A DNA stretch of 64,000 nt from Candidatus Nanohalarchaeota archaeon (GTDB taxonomy: Archaea; Nanohalarchaeota; Nanosalinia; Nanosalinales; Nanosalinaceae): assembly GCA_022729235.1 (NCBI GenBank), contig JALDAJ010000001.1, positions 352,001-416,000 of the forward strand, read 5' to 3'. The position numbers and the translations under genes were made by a program. A model generated the notes under the pieces. The model saw only the letters and a list, made by a program, of their open reading frames with translations. It made no database searches and was not told the DNA's origin. How positions within the stretch are numbered: the stretch's first letter is position 1; each line of letters begins with the position of its first letter. This document shows, piece after piece, positions 19,582-28,286 of this stretch.

Positions 19582-20327
19582 TCATCTATGTCCATCCAGC
19601 CCCCGCCGTAGATGTAGCCAGCAAGAGACCTCTCCGAGGCAAGTTGCTCGAATACGTCCTCAAGGCTGTCACTGTCAAGCCGGTCAAATATCTCCGGGTC
19701 AAGCACATAAGTCCCCGCGTTTATCAGCCTTGAAGGCTCTTTTCCAGGCTCAGGCTTCTCCTCGAAGCCCAGTATCCGACTCCCTTTCAACCGGGCGACC
19801 CCATACTTTGAAGGGTCTTCGACAGTTGTCAGCGCCATAGTCGCGAGCACGTCTTCCTCCCTGTGGAGGCTCATCATCTCGTTCAGGTCAACGTCGCTTA
19901 TCACGTGACCGTTCAGTACGGCAAACATACCCTCGACCGCATCCTCTACAGTTCTCAGCGCTGCAGCCGTTCCCCGTGGGTCTTCTTCAAATACGTAATC
20001 CAAAGCCATACCGGAACTACTGGAGCCGAAATACTCCTCTATACCCTCGTTCCGACCAGCCAGGAGCACGACCCGGTTAACTCCTTCATCGGAAAGGTGT
20101 TCAAGCACGTGTTCAAGGACAGGTTTACCCTCATACTCCTCCATGGAACGGTTCTCTTCGTCACCACAAAGGACAACCGCAGTATCTACAGATTTACCCC
20201 GGAAGTAACCGTCTACGAGGTCTTCAACCATCTGTGAACGGTTAAGACCCTTGCCCGACGCCTCCTCATCGATTTTCTCGACCAGTTCTTCCTCAAGTGT
20301 AAGGGAAACTCGTTTCTTGGGCATCAT
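19578..20327 (-). CDS. Ribbon-helix-helix domain fused to a degenerate sugar-phosphate nucleotidyltransferase
   Basis: N-terminal KKRVSLTLEEELVEKIDEEA...NRSQMVE; then NTP_transferase-like GKPVLEH, PRGTA, YGV, EKP, INAGTY, WMDI. Confidence 0.85.
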   Translation of the reverse strand: MMPKKRVSLTLEEELVEKIDEEASGKGLNRSQMVEDLVDGYFRGKSVDTAVVLCGDEENRSMEEYEGKPVLEHVLEHLSDEGVNRVVLLAGRNEGIEEYFGSSSSGMALDYVFEEDPRGTAAALRTVEDAVEGMFAVLNGHVISDVDLNEMMSLHREEDVLATMALTTVEDPSKYGVARLKGSRILGFEEKPEPGKEPSRLINAGTYVLDPEIFDRLDSDSLEDVFEQLASERSLAGYIYGGGWMDIDD

Positions 20328-20377
20328 GAAAAACTGAGGTACTCAGACTTTAATTATTCGTGCCCGAAACTCTTTCC

Positions 20378-21277
20378 GTGATAGCGGTAACAGGCGGTGC
20401 TGGGTTCATCGGTTCAAGGCTCGCGGAGAGACTGGTTGAAGAAAATGAAGTAATAGTGGTAGACAACCTGTCCTCTGGTAAAAAGGAGAATATTCCCGAA
20501 GGAGCAGAGTTCGTAGAGAAAGACATAAAGAACGCTGAACTAGACGTAATCTTCGATAAGGTCGATACAGTCTTCCACTTCGCAGCCAATCCCAAAGTCA
20601 ATACGTTCCCTGACGACAGAGGGAAGGATTTCGAGGAGAACCTGGTAGGAACCAAGAACGTTCTCGATGCATGTGTTGACGCAGATGTAGAAGAACTGGT
20701 GTTTGCATCTTCTTCCGTCGTGTACGGAGAAAACGCGGAGATACCGACACCTGAAACGCATGAGATAGATCCTATCTCAATGTACGCCGCGACGAAATGC
20801 GGTGCAGAACACATGTGCCAGGTCTACTCCCAGATATTTGGCATCGACCTGACGGTACTCCGGTACGCGAACATCATCGGACCAAGGAATCAGAAGGGTG
20901 TGATCTGGGACTTCATACACAAGCTGGAAGAGAGTTCTGAAGAACTTGAGATACTCGGCAACGGGAAGCAGAGGAAGTCCTACCTCTACATCAGCGATGC
21001 TGTTGACGCGACCCTGGAAGCGTGGAAGTCGCCAGAAACAGTGTACAACATCGGAAGCGGAGATGCGGTTTCAGTAGATAAGATAGCGGAGATAGTATCA
21101 GACGAGATGTCGCTGAATCCTGAACTCTCCTACACGGGCGGCGAGAAAGGCTGGAAAGGAGACGTACCCGAGATGCGGCTCAGCATCGAGAAGCTGAAGA
21201 ACGAGGGATGGTCACCGGAGGGAAACTCAGTGGAAAGTGTGAGGAAGACCGCGAGAAGACTTCTCGAAAACCGTTAA
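20378..21277 (+). CDS. NAD-dependent epimerase (UDP-glucose 4-epimerase-like)
   Basis: GGAGFIGS, SSSVVYG, YAATK; start GTG at 20378 or 20360. Confidence 0.9.
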   Translation: MIAVTGGAGFIGSRLAERLVEENEVIVVDNLSSGKKENIPEGAEFVEKDIKNAELDVIFDKVDTVFHFAANPKVNTFPDDRGKDFEENLVGTKNVLDACVDADVEELVFASSSVVYGENAEIPTPETHEIDPISMYAATKCGAEHMCQVYSQIFGIDLTVLRYANIIGPRNQKGVIWDFIHKLEESSEELEILGNGKQRKSYLYISDAVDATLEAWKSPETVYNIGSGDAVSVDKIAEIVSDEMSLNPELSYTGGEKGWKGDVPEMRLSIEKLKNEGWSPEGNSVESVRKTARRLLENR

Positions 21278-21648
21278 TCTTCTACTCTCTTCTCTAACTT
21301 GATCCTGTCTGTAAACCGGTCGTACTTTTTATCGCTCGACACAATCCGGTCACCCCCAGATCTTACGAGGTGTAGGGCATCAAAAGGCGTGAAACCATCC
21401 TCTTCAATGTATAAAGCCGCGACCTCTATCGCTTCACTATCTCCTTTCACCTCGATAAGTTCTACAGTCTCCGAGACCAGCTTTACAACATTCATGCCCT
21501 CCCTATAACCAACCATCATCAGCTCGACCAGAGTGTATTCCGAAGTCCACAGGTCATTCTTGTGCTCCCTGAAAACCTCTTCCGCAGCTTCTGTTAACCA
21601 GTCTTCTTCCTGTATGAGCGCCAGCAAGAAATCGGTATCAGCGTACAT
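21274..21648 (-). CDS. vapC: VapC-type PIN toxin
   Basis: MYADTDFLLAL, E, FDALH, SSDKKYD; ATG at 21648. Confidence 0.88.
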   Translation of the reverse strand: MYADTDFLLALIQEEDWLTEAAEEVFREHKNDLWTSEYTLVELMMVGYREGMNVVKLVSETVELIEVKGDSEAIEVAALYIEEDGFTPFDALHLVRSGGDRIVSSDKKYDRFTDRIKLEKRVED

Positions 21649-21649
21649 C

Positions 21650-21874
21650 CTATCTTCCTGCCTGCTCCTTTGCCTCTTCAAGAGCTTCTTTTTTGAGTTC
21701 ATCAACAGACTTATCTACATCAGAGAAATTTTGCCTGAGAGCTTCCAGCGGGTCGCTGGACACCGGTATCAGAACCAGTCTATCGCCCTTGCGAACTAGG
21801 TGAAACCGTTCACCCAGATCCCTCCGAACATCCTTCGGAATGTAAATCCGCCCATCTGATACATCCACTTCCAT
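21650..21874 (-). CDS. AbrB/MazE-type antitoxin
   Basis: DGRIYIPKDVRRDLG; directly upstream of the PIN gene. Confidence 0.88.
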   Translation of the reverse strand: MEVDVSDGRIYIPKDVRRDLGERFHLVRKGDRLVLIPVSSDPLEALRQNFSDVDKSVDELKKEALEEAKEQAGR

Positions 21875-21906
21875 AAAAACCCGTTATACTCCAAAATTTA
21901 AATATT

Positions 21907-21932
21907 TTTCCGAAAAGTTAGAAAATCGGAAA
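21907..21932. promoter_or_regulatory. Inverted repeat TTTCCGA-N12-TCGGAAA between divergent abrB and msrB
   Basis: 7-bp perfect inverted repeat in the intergenic region; operator role is inferred. Confidence 0.35.
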
Positions 21933-21970
21933 CCGTTAACCTGATGAGTGTTGGACATCAATTCACAGCC

Positions 21971-22366
21971 ATGACTCAAGAAGACTTACCGGAGAGCGAT
22001 GAAGAGTGGCGCGAGAAGCTGTCTGGGGATGAGTACCGCATCCTCCGCGAATCAGGCACTGAGCCGCGCGGAACCGGCAAATACCTGGAGAAAGACGATG
22101 AAGGAGTCTACCGCTGTAAAGCCTGTGGTCAGGAACTCTTCCCAAGCAACTACAAGTTCCCGAGCGATGGCTGGCCCAGTTTCTACGATGCAAAAGAAGA
22201 TAGCGTCGAGTTCAGGAAAGACGAGAGCCACGGCATGACAAGGACTGAAGTAGTGTGTTCTAACTGTAAGTCTCACCTCGGACACGTGTTTGAAGACGGA
22301 CCGGAACCTACTGGTAAGCGCTTCTGCGTGAACTCCGTAGCGCTAGAATTCGAAGAAAAAGGATGA
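21971..22366 (+). CDS. msrB: Peptide-methionine (R)-S-oxide reductase
   Basis: GTE, CKACG, GWPSF, RTEVVC..C.SHLGHVF, RFCVNS. Confidence 0.96.
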   Translation: MTQEDLPESDEEWREKLSGDEYRILRESGTEPRGTGKYLEKDDEGVYRCKACGQELFPSNYKFPSDGWPSFYDAKEDSVEFRKDESHGMTRTEVVCSNCKSHLGHVFEDGPEPTGKRFCVNSVALEFEEKG

Positions 22367-22395
22367 TAGAAAAGTAGAGGTATAGGCTCTCTACA

Positions 22396-23310
22396 TCACA
22401 TATATCCAAGCTGTCTCAGGCGATTCATTATCTCTTTGTCGTCCTTGTTCTGGGCTCTTCCAGCGCGTTCCTTAGTGTTCTCCACATCCTGGAGCCACGC
22501 CGGCATCTCATCGCTCTTGTCTGTCGAGACCTCCGAGCCGAGCGAGCGGTATCCTGCCCAGTACTTCGGGCTAATCGGGACATCCTCCTTGGAAACTCCT
22601 TCCGGCAGGTCGTCCTCGCTTTCAGGGTACTCGTCAAGTTCCACATCAGTCACATCCGGCACCATGTGGAACCAGGATACGTCCCAGACCTCTCTTTCGT
22701 CGAACTGAAGGATAGGGTGGACGCGCATGTGTCCGGGATTGTCTCTCGGAGAGTAGAAGTCCTCGTCACCTCTCGACTCGTGTTCATCCCACCGCACACC
22801 GTTGATTACCGCGTCGATACCATGGTTCTCCAGCAGTTCGTTCATCGGAACCGTCTTCAGAAGGTGGTTGCCCGCCTCAGTATCCATCAGCCACGGCACC
22901 TCCTCGTAGTCTCCAACGCGTTCCGCCTCTCTCTGGTTCCGTTCGTTTAACTCTTCGACAGGTACTTTGTCACCGGGCTTGTCAGCCTTTTCTATCAGGT
23001 CCTCGTTCTTCGCGACCATGATGTCGAAGCCCCATTTCTCCGCTATCTCTTTTACGTAGTCCTCCAGCTCGTCAAAGTGCTGTCCATGGTCCACGAACAT
23101 GAACCGTGGTTTCTCGAATCCTTCGTCCTCACAGACTCTCTTCACGAGCCACGCCGTTAAAGTAGAGTCTTTACCACCGGTGAAGCCGATGACAGTGTTC
23201 CCAGAGTCGTGCTCCTCAAGGGCGCGCTTAACGACTTCCTCGCCGGCGCGAATCTTGGCTTTTAACGGTGCGTTCTCGATCTCGTCACGTGTTACAGGCG
23301 GTTCAGGCAT
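22396..23310 (-). CDS. PAPS-reductase-family PP-loop protein, probably CysD-like sulfate adenylyltransferase
   Basis: FTGGKDS, GVRWDEHESR, RVHPILQF, GYRSLG, ERAGRAQ, C-terminal RLRQLGYM. Confidence 0.75.
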   Translation of the reverse strand: MPEPPVTRDEIENAPLKAKIRAGEEVVKRALEEHDSGNTVIGFTGGKDSTLTAWLVKRVCEDEGFEKPRFMFVDHGQHFDELEDYVKEIAEKWGFDIMVAKNEDLIEKADKPGDKVPVEELNERNQREAERVGDYEEVPWLMDTEAGNHLLKTVPMNELLENHGIDAVINGVRWDEHESRGDEDFYSPRDNPGHMRVHPILQFDEREVWDVSWFHMVPDVTDVELDEYPESEDDLPEGVSKEDVPISPKYWAGYRSLGSEVSTDKSDEMPAWLQDVENTKERAGRAQNKDDKEIMNRLRQLGYM

Positions 23311-24065
23311 TAGTTTTCACCAGTATTTTTTGTTGCATAGAGAATCCCTGTTCCGGAACTATGAGATACGAAATCTATCTCGAACCCGTTTTCCTCTAGT
23401 TTTTCGATTATCGGTTTCTCGGTGCTGTGAGTCTCCATGGCTATTTTCTGTATCTTCACGAGATTCTCGGGCGTGATAGCCTCGAATATATCGGCTTCAC
23501 TGCTTTCGCAGTCGACCTTGAGAAACTGTATTTCGCCTACCTCGTCCACAACATCATTTATTGAGACCGTTTCTATCTCCTGGTCGCCCTCATCTCTTAC
23601 CGAGTTAGTACCTGTCTGACCGGATTTTTTGAGTTTCTCAGTTCCTGTGGTGGCGTAAACCGCCTTATTCCGTGTATCAACGTTTTCTAGGTCGTTACGC
23701 CTCACGTTCTCCTCAAATATCTCGAAGTTCTCTTCCTCTGGCTCGAAGCTGTAGACTTTCCCGGCGTTCCTGGCAGCCAGGACAGTAAATGAACCTATGT
23801 GGGCGCCGATATCTACCACGGTGTCACCTTCTTCAACGCCGAAGTTCTTGGTGTAGTCTTCGTCTACAAAGATCTCTCTCAGGACGTACCTGTCATCAGT
23901 GTTCCCTCTCGCCAGGAATTCTTCGCCTTCACGCGTCCAGTAAGTAATCCTGTCTTTCCTGAGCAACTTGTTGAGGTAAAAATCATACCAGTTATCGAAA
24001 ACTCTTATACGTCCTTTAAACGCCTTTAAAGCCTCGGAAAACTTAACCACTACTTTCCACTCCAT
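23310..24065 (-). CDS. FkbM-family methyltransferase
   Basis: VVDIGAHIG, SFEP, LKVDCE. Confidence 0.9.
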   Translation of the reverse strand: MEWKVVVKFSEALKAFKGRIRVFDNWYDFYLNKLLRKDRITYWTREGEEFLARGNTDDRYVLREIFVDEDYTKNFGVEEGDTVVDIGAHIGSFTVLAARNAGKVYSFEPEEENFEIFEENVRRNDLENVDTRNKAVYATTGTEKLKKSGQTGTNSVRDEGDQEIETVSINDVVDEVGEIQFLKVDCESSEADIFEAITPENLVKIQKIAMETHSTEKPIIEKLEENGFEIDFVSHSSGTGILYATKNTGEN

Positions 24066-24825
24066 AGTAAGCTTTTATCGCTTTCCCGACGTCCTCAGGC
24101 TGTCCTATCTTGTAGTCAAGGTTTTTCTTGATAAGTACCGCGTCCTCGTGGTGGTCACCCTCCAGCTCTCCGTGAGGTGTTTCCTCCGGTAGAGTCTGTA
24201 CACGACCTTCTCCAAACTCCGCGAACCCGTGGTCGCTCAGGACTATCAGCGGCTCGTCAGAATCAAAGTCATAGTACTCCAGTAGTTCTCCGAGGACGTC
24301 ATCCATCCTCCGGTACCAGTCCAGGACAAGTTCTTTGTCGTTCCAGTAGAAATGACTGACGCGGTCGAGCTGCATGAAGACAACGGCGAAAAAGTCCGGC
24401 TCCTCTTCAAGGACTTCTCTGCATTTCCTGAGTAGTTTCCTGCGGTCTGCTTCCAGCTCGTCGAGGTCGCTGGATACGCCGAAACCTTCCGGCTCGTAAT
24501 CCGTATTATAGTTAATCGGCGGTATCACCGCAGGTACCTGTAGAACGCGGGCTTCAACCTCTTTGTCAAACTCCTCCCAGACAAATGTGCCGTCGATGTC
24601 TCCCTGTTTCTGTAGTTCGTCATCGACCACGAAGTCTTTATGGCCGTGTTCTTCCTGTCTCAACCCTGTGAAGATTGATGTCCAGAGAGGCGCGCTTTTA
24701 GGCGTTTCTTCGACGGTAATGGTCTTGTACTCGCACTCTCGCATGAGCCTGTCGAAGTTCGGTAACTCGTCCCTGTGAGGCTTGATGATATCCCATGTCG
24801 CGGCGTCTATCCCTATTACCTTCAT
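24043..24825 (-). CDS. Short alkaline phosphatase superfamily protein
   Basis: VIGIDAATW, SAPLWTSIFTG, LDRVSH, SDHGF, GDHH; 5' end ambiguous (see findings). Confidence 0.88.
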   Translation of the reverse strand: MKVIGIDAATWDIIKPHRDELPNFDRLMRECEYKTITVEETPKSAPLWTSIFTGLRQEEHGHKDFVVDDELQKQGDIDGTFVWEEFDKEVEARVLQVPAVIPPINYNTDYEPEGFGVSSDLDELEADRRKLLRKCREVLEEEPDFFAVVFMQLDRVSHFYWNDKELVLDWYRRMDDVLGELLEYYDFDSDEPLIVLSDHGFAEFGEGRVQTLPEETPHGELEGDHHEDAVLIKKNLDYKIGQPEDVGKAIKAYYGVESSG

Positions 24826-24882
24826 TCGAAAACTCGCCTCGCGTGTTTTCTGCAAGAAGATTTTGTAAATCTTCGTTCGAAA
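24823..24882 (-). repeat. Double-hairpin palindromic insert flanked by TTCGAAA direct repeats
   Basis: ttcgaaa at 24825 and 24876; hairpins gaaaac..gttttc (24828-24850) and gaagattt..aaatcttc (24856-24874). Confidence 0.65.
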
Positions 24883-24908
24883 CTCACCTGATTTTCAACC
24901 ATTATCCT

Positions 24909-25109
24909 CTACTCCATGTATCCTAGTTCCTTCAGTTTCTTCCCGATTTGTTTAGCTTCTTCCTCGGATATCTTTTCCTCGGATTCCATATCCTTGACCG
25001 CTACGTGCTCCAGGAAGCTCCTGACGGAGCCGAAGGACTGGTCCTCGATGTAATCTTTAACGTCTTCCACGAAATCTCGCTTGAATGAGACGGTCGTATA
25101 ATCCGACAT
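24909..25109 (-). CDS. Small RHH/CopG-like protein with C-terminal LGY tail
   Basis: YTTVSFKRDFVEDVK..F.SV..F; ends KKLKELGYME. Confidence 0.85.
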   Translation of the reverse strand: MSDYTTVSFKRDFVEDVKDYIEDQSFGSVRSFLEHVAVKDMESEEKISEEEAKQIGKKLKELGYME

Positions 25110-25204
25110 CTTAATTAAATTTAATTAACAACCGCTTATAAGTCCTTGGAGATCCTCTGTCCGCACTGGAACCCTATTAAATCCAGAAGACCGGAAACTA
25201 GTGT

Positions 25205-26737
25205 ATGTCGAACAGAACCCTGAATATACTGGTAAAGGGTGCAGGACTCGCCGCATTGGGAATGGTGATTTCCAAGTTCCTGAGCTACCTCTACCGCGCC
25301 GTAGTCGCCCGGATGATAGGACCGGAGGCTTACGGTCAGCTCTCGCTGGCGCTGATGGTTCTGAACGTTGTCGGCGTAATCGCTTACCTCGGGCTTGACA
25401 CAGGGATGCAGAAGTTTATCGCGAAGTACCGCGAAAAGAATGAACCGTCCTCTATCAGAGGTACATTTCTCTCCGCCTTCCACATCGGTATACCCGTTGC
25501 TCTCACGATGAGCGCTATCATGTTTCTTTCAGCAGACTTTGTCGCAATGAACATATTCGAGAGTCCTGAACTCGCACCTCTCATAAAGGTGCTGGCGTTC
25601 GTGCCGCCTTTCGGCGTGGTCTCCCAGATCAGTCTTTCAACCACTCTCGGCTTCGAGAAAATGAAGTACCGTGTACTGACAAAACAGGTATTCCAGAACA
25701 TCGTACAGCTACTGGCGACGGTAGGCTTCATCTACATGGGATACGGCGTCGTAGGCGCGGCAGGAGGCTGGCTTGTAGGAACAGTGCTTGGTGCATTCGC
25801 CATACTCTACTTCGCCTGGAAGTTGATCGGACCGTTGAAAGGCACCACCAGGGACTACAACCACCATGAGCTTTTCAACTACTCCTTCCCTCTTCTGCTC
25901 TCCGGCGTGATCGGCACTCTGCTCGGGATGGCGGATACCGCGCTGATAGGTTATTTCATGGACGATGCCTCGGTAGGATTCTACAACGCCGCTCTTCCTA
26001 TCGCTGCACTAATACTCCTGCCTTACAGCGCATTCAGCGGTCTCGCATTGCCCTCGATGTCCCGCGTGGTTGAAAGCGAAGAGCTGGAGCTGTCCTCGGT
26101 ACTGAAAACTCTTACACGGTGGACTTTCCTCGTATCATTCCCTGCAGCAGTCCTCATGATACTGTTCTCCGAGCAGGTCCTGCACCTGCTGTTCGGTCGA
26201 GAGTACACTGTCGCATCAACCGCATTAATCATCCTTTCTCTGGGCTACATGTTCTCGACAGCGGTAGGACACCTCGGAAAGGTCATCAAGGCGATAGGCA
26301 GGACAGAGATAATCTTCAGGAACACTGTCGGCAACCTATTTCTCAACATAATACTGAACGTGATACTCATCCCCCGGTACGGCATCGTCGGCGCGGCGAT
26401 AGCGACCGCCGTATCGACCGTTTTCGTCAATACTCTACTGTTGATAGAGACCTACTACTTCGAGAGAACGCATCCGTTCTCCCGGCACAACTGGAAACCC
26501 GTGGCGGCGGCGATACCTGGAGTCATACTGATCTACTTCGCGCTTGAAACCCTCTATACAACGGTGCCGTTCTGGACACTGGTACCCGGTGGAATCGCGT
26601 TCGGTGTAATCTACCTTCTCGCGGTGATAGGTCTCGGAGCTGTACGGGAAGAAGACCGCGACATAATCGTCGGCGGGTTCAGGATGATAAACCAGGAAGA
26701 ACTTGGCGAGAAAGTCGCCGACCTTTTAATTAGATAA
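25205..26737 (+). CDS. Oligosaccharide flippase (Wzx/AglR, MOP superfamily)
   Basis: Many TMs, GPEAYG, VGFYNAA, LIPRYGIVGAAIAT. Confidence 0.9.
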   Translation: MSNRTLNILVKGAGLAALGMVISKFLSYLYRAVVARMIGPEAYGQLSLALMVLNVVGVIAYLGLDTGMQKFIAKYREKNEPSSIRGTFLSAFHIGIPVALTMSAIMFLSADFVAMNIFESPELAPLIKVLAFVPPFGVVSQISLSTTLGFEKMKYRVLTKQVFQNIVQLLATVGFIYMGYGVVGAAGGWLVGTVLGAFAILYFAWKLIGPLKGTTRDYNHHELFNYSFPLLLSGVIGTLLGMADTALIGYFMDDASVGFYNAALPIAALILLPYSAFSGLALPSMSRVVESEELELSSVLKTLTRWTFLVSFPAAVLMILFSEQVLHLLFGREYTVASTALIILSLGYMFSTAVGHLGKVIKAIGRTEIIFRNTVGNLFLNIILNVILIPRYGIVGAAIATAVSTVFVNTLLLIETYYFERTHPFSRHNWKPVAAAIPGVILIYFALETLYTTVPFWTLVPGGIAFGVIYLLAVIGLGAVREEDRDIIVGGFRMINQEELGEKVADLLIR

Positions 26738-26759
26738 AAGCCTTCCATAAATAACGTAC

Positions 26760-27437
26760 GTGATAAAACGCAGATTAAAATCAGGGGTAAAGGAAAACAA
26801 AGCATCAGCACTGTTCCTGCTACAAATATACAAACACATCTTCCGGTTCTATTACAGGTTCAAGACATGGTGGATGTACGGCAGGAGATACGAGGCTGAC
26901 ATGGATCCTTTTAACCTGATCTGGGTAAATCCTGCGGAAATCGAGAACAAGTTGGAAAAGAAGGAACGGAAATACTTTTTTGCAAGCCATGTCCGGGGCG
27001 GAGACTGGGACCTCAAAACCGACGATTTTGAGAATTCAGGGCAGTTCAGGCGCGTAAAGAAAGTAGTGGAGGACGGAGATGGCGATGAAAAGACAAGAGA
27101 ACTCTACAATTCAATCAGGAAAAATGGGTACAAGACGCAGGAAGAACTCTCTAAAGAGACTGTCACAGCCACTTCCAAGGATACCACCATCGATCCCTAC
27201 CTGGGAGAGATAAACGAGATAATGGTATGCATAGGTAGAGAAGGAGACATACTATTCCGGGATGGCGGGCACCGTTTATCGATAGCTAAAATACTGGATA
27301 TAGAGAGCATACCTGTCAGAGTAGTCAAGAGACACCGAAAATGGCAGGAAAAAAGAGACAGGGCTATAAATAATCCTGAAAGCCTCGACGATAGATACCT
27401 GAGACATCCTGACATCAAGCCGCTTCTCAAAGACTAA
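26760..27437 (+). CDS. Hypothetical protein with ParB/Srx-like motif
   Basis: LYNSIRKNGY, IGREG, DGGHRLSIAKIL. Confidence 0.7.
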   Translation: MIKRRLKSGVKENKASALFLLQIYKHIFRFYYRFKTWWMYGRRYEADMDPFNLIWVNPAEIENKLEKKERKYFFASHVRGGDWDLKTDDFENSGQFRRVKKVVEDGDGDEKTRELYNSIRKNGYKTQEELSKETVTATSKDTTIDPYLGEINEIMVCIGREGDILFRDGGHRLSIAKILDIESIPVRVVKRHRKWQEKRDRAINNPESLDDRYLRHPDIKPLLKD

Positions 27438-27649
27438 TCCAGGTATCCCAGTCCGCGTAGCCGTTTCTTGACCTCTTCTTCCTCTTCCTCACTGTAAGAA
27501 GACTCCTGCTGTTCTTTCTCCTTCTTTATCTTATCGACGACCTGCTCAAGAAGGTGCTCGATGTATTCTCCCGTATCATCGAAGTCTTTTTCCTCTGCAC
27601 GCGCCTCTAGAACACTGTAAATATCATCGTCTACTTCAACTGTCGCCAT
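27434..27649 (-). CDS. Small RHH/CopG-like protein with acidic linker and LGY tail
   Basis: ATVEVDDDIYSVLEARAEEKDF..EYI; ends EEEEEVKKRLRGLGYLD. Confidence 0.85.
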   Translation of the reverse strand: MATVEVDDDIYSVLEARAEEKDFDDTGEYIEHLLEQVVDKIKKEKEQQESSYSEEEEEEVKKRLRGLGYLD

Positions 27650-27686
27650 CTTTTAACCACTACCTCTAGCTTGAAACACTCATCTT

Positions 27687-28286
27687 TTATAGGTCAAGGG
27701 AGCCGAGCTTCTCACGGAACTCCTCGTTTCTGAGTAACGGTTCCGAGTCCCTATACGCACTCACCAGGTCGTTCCTACCACTCATTTGCTCTTCCACATC
27801 CCGGAGTATTCTTTTTCCTTTCCCACCACCGTCGAAGTATTCGTACAGCGACTCACACATCGCCAGATAGTTGAACATCGGGCTTTCCTCCCTGTAACGC
27901 TTCATACCGATAAGGTGTAGCCCGTCGTCCGCCCGGATGATATTCCCGTAGTTGAAGTTCGGGAAGTACACCTCGACACCTTTTTCTTCCAGCTGTTCCG
28001 AGAACCTGTACGCAGCCTCCATCAACTCACCGATGTTCCGGGAACGCGGGCGGAACTTCCTGCCCTCAATGAACCTGTCCTCTACAAGGCAGTACCCGTC
28101 TACCTCTTTTACGACCTCGAAAGGTTGTACCTCTATCTCGCGGTTAGCGGAGTTAACCCTCTCTATACTCTCCGCCGTGGAGAAATCAATCCTGTTCTCC
28201 GGCACCATCTTCAGTACTCTACCTTTGTCCGGCTGTATACTGGTGAGCGCGTTGCCAGTCCGGATTATACCGTCCTCGAAACTCAC
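27687..28286 (-). CDS. Hypothetical protein with degenerate kinase-like fold
   Basis: VLK, FIEG, NFNYGNII..LHLIG resembling APH/kinase motifs without the catalytic Asp residues. Confidence 0.55.
   Translation of the reverse strand: MSFEDGIIRTGNALTSIQPDKGRVLKMVPENRIDFSTAESIERVNSANREIEVQPFEVVKEVDGYCLVEDRFIEGRKFRPRSRNIGELMEAAYRFSEQLEEKGVEVYFPNFNYGNIIRADDGLHLIGMKRYREESPMFNYLAMCESLYEYFDGGGKGKRILRDVEEQMSGRNDLVSAYRDSEPLLRNEEFREKLGSLDL

Noticed and set aside
27687-27730. EEFREKLGSLDL as a fourth LGY tail
   Set aside because: Lacks the Gly-Tyr pair; only weakly similar
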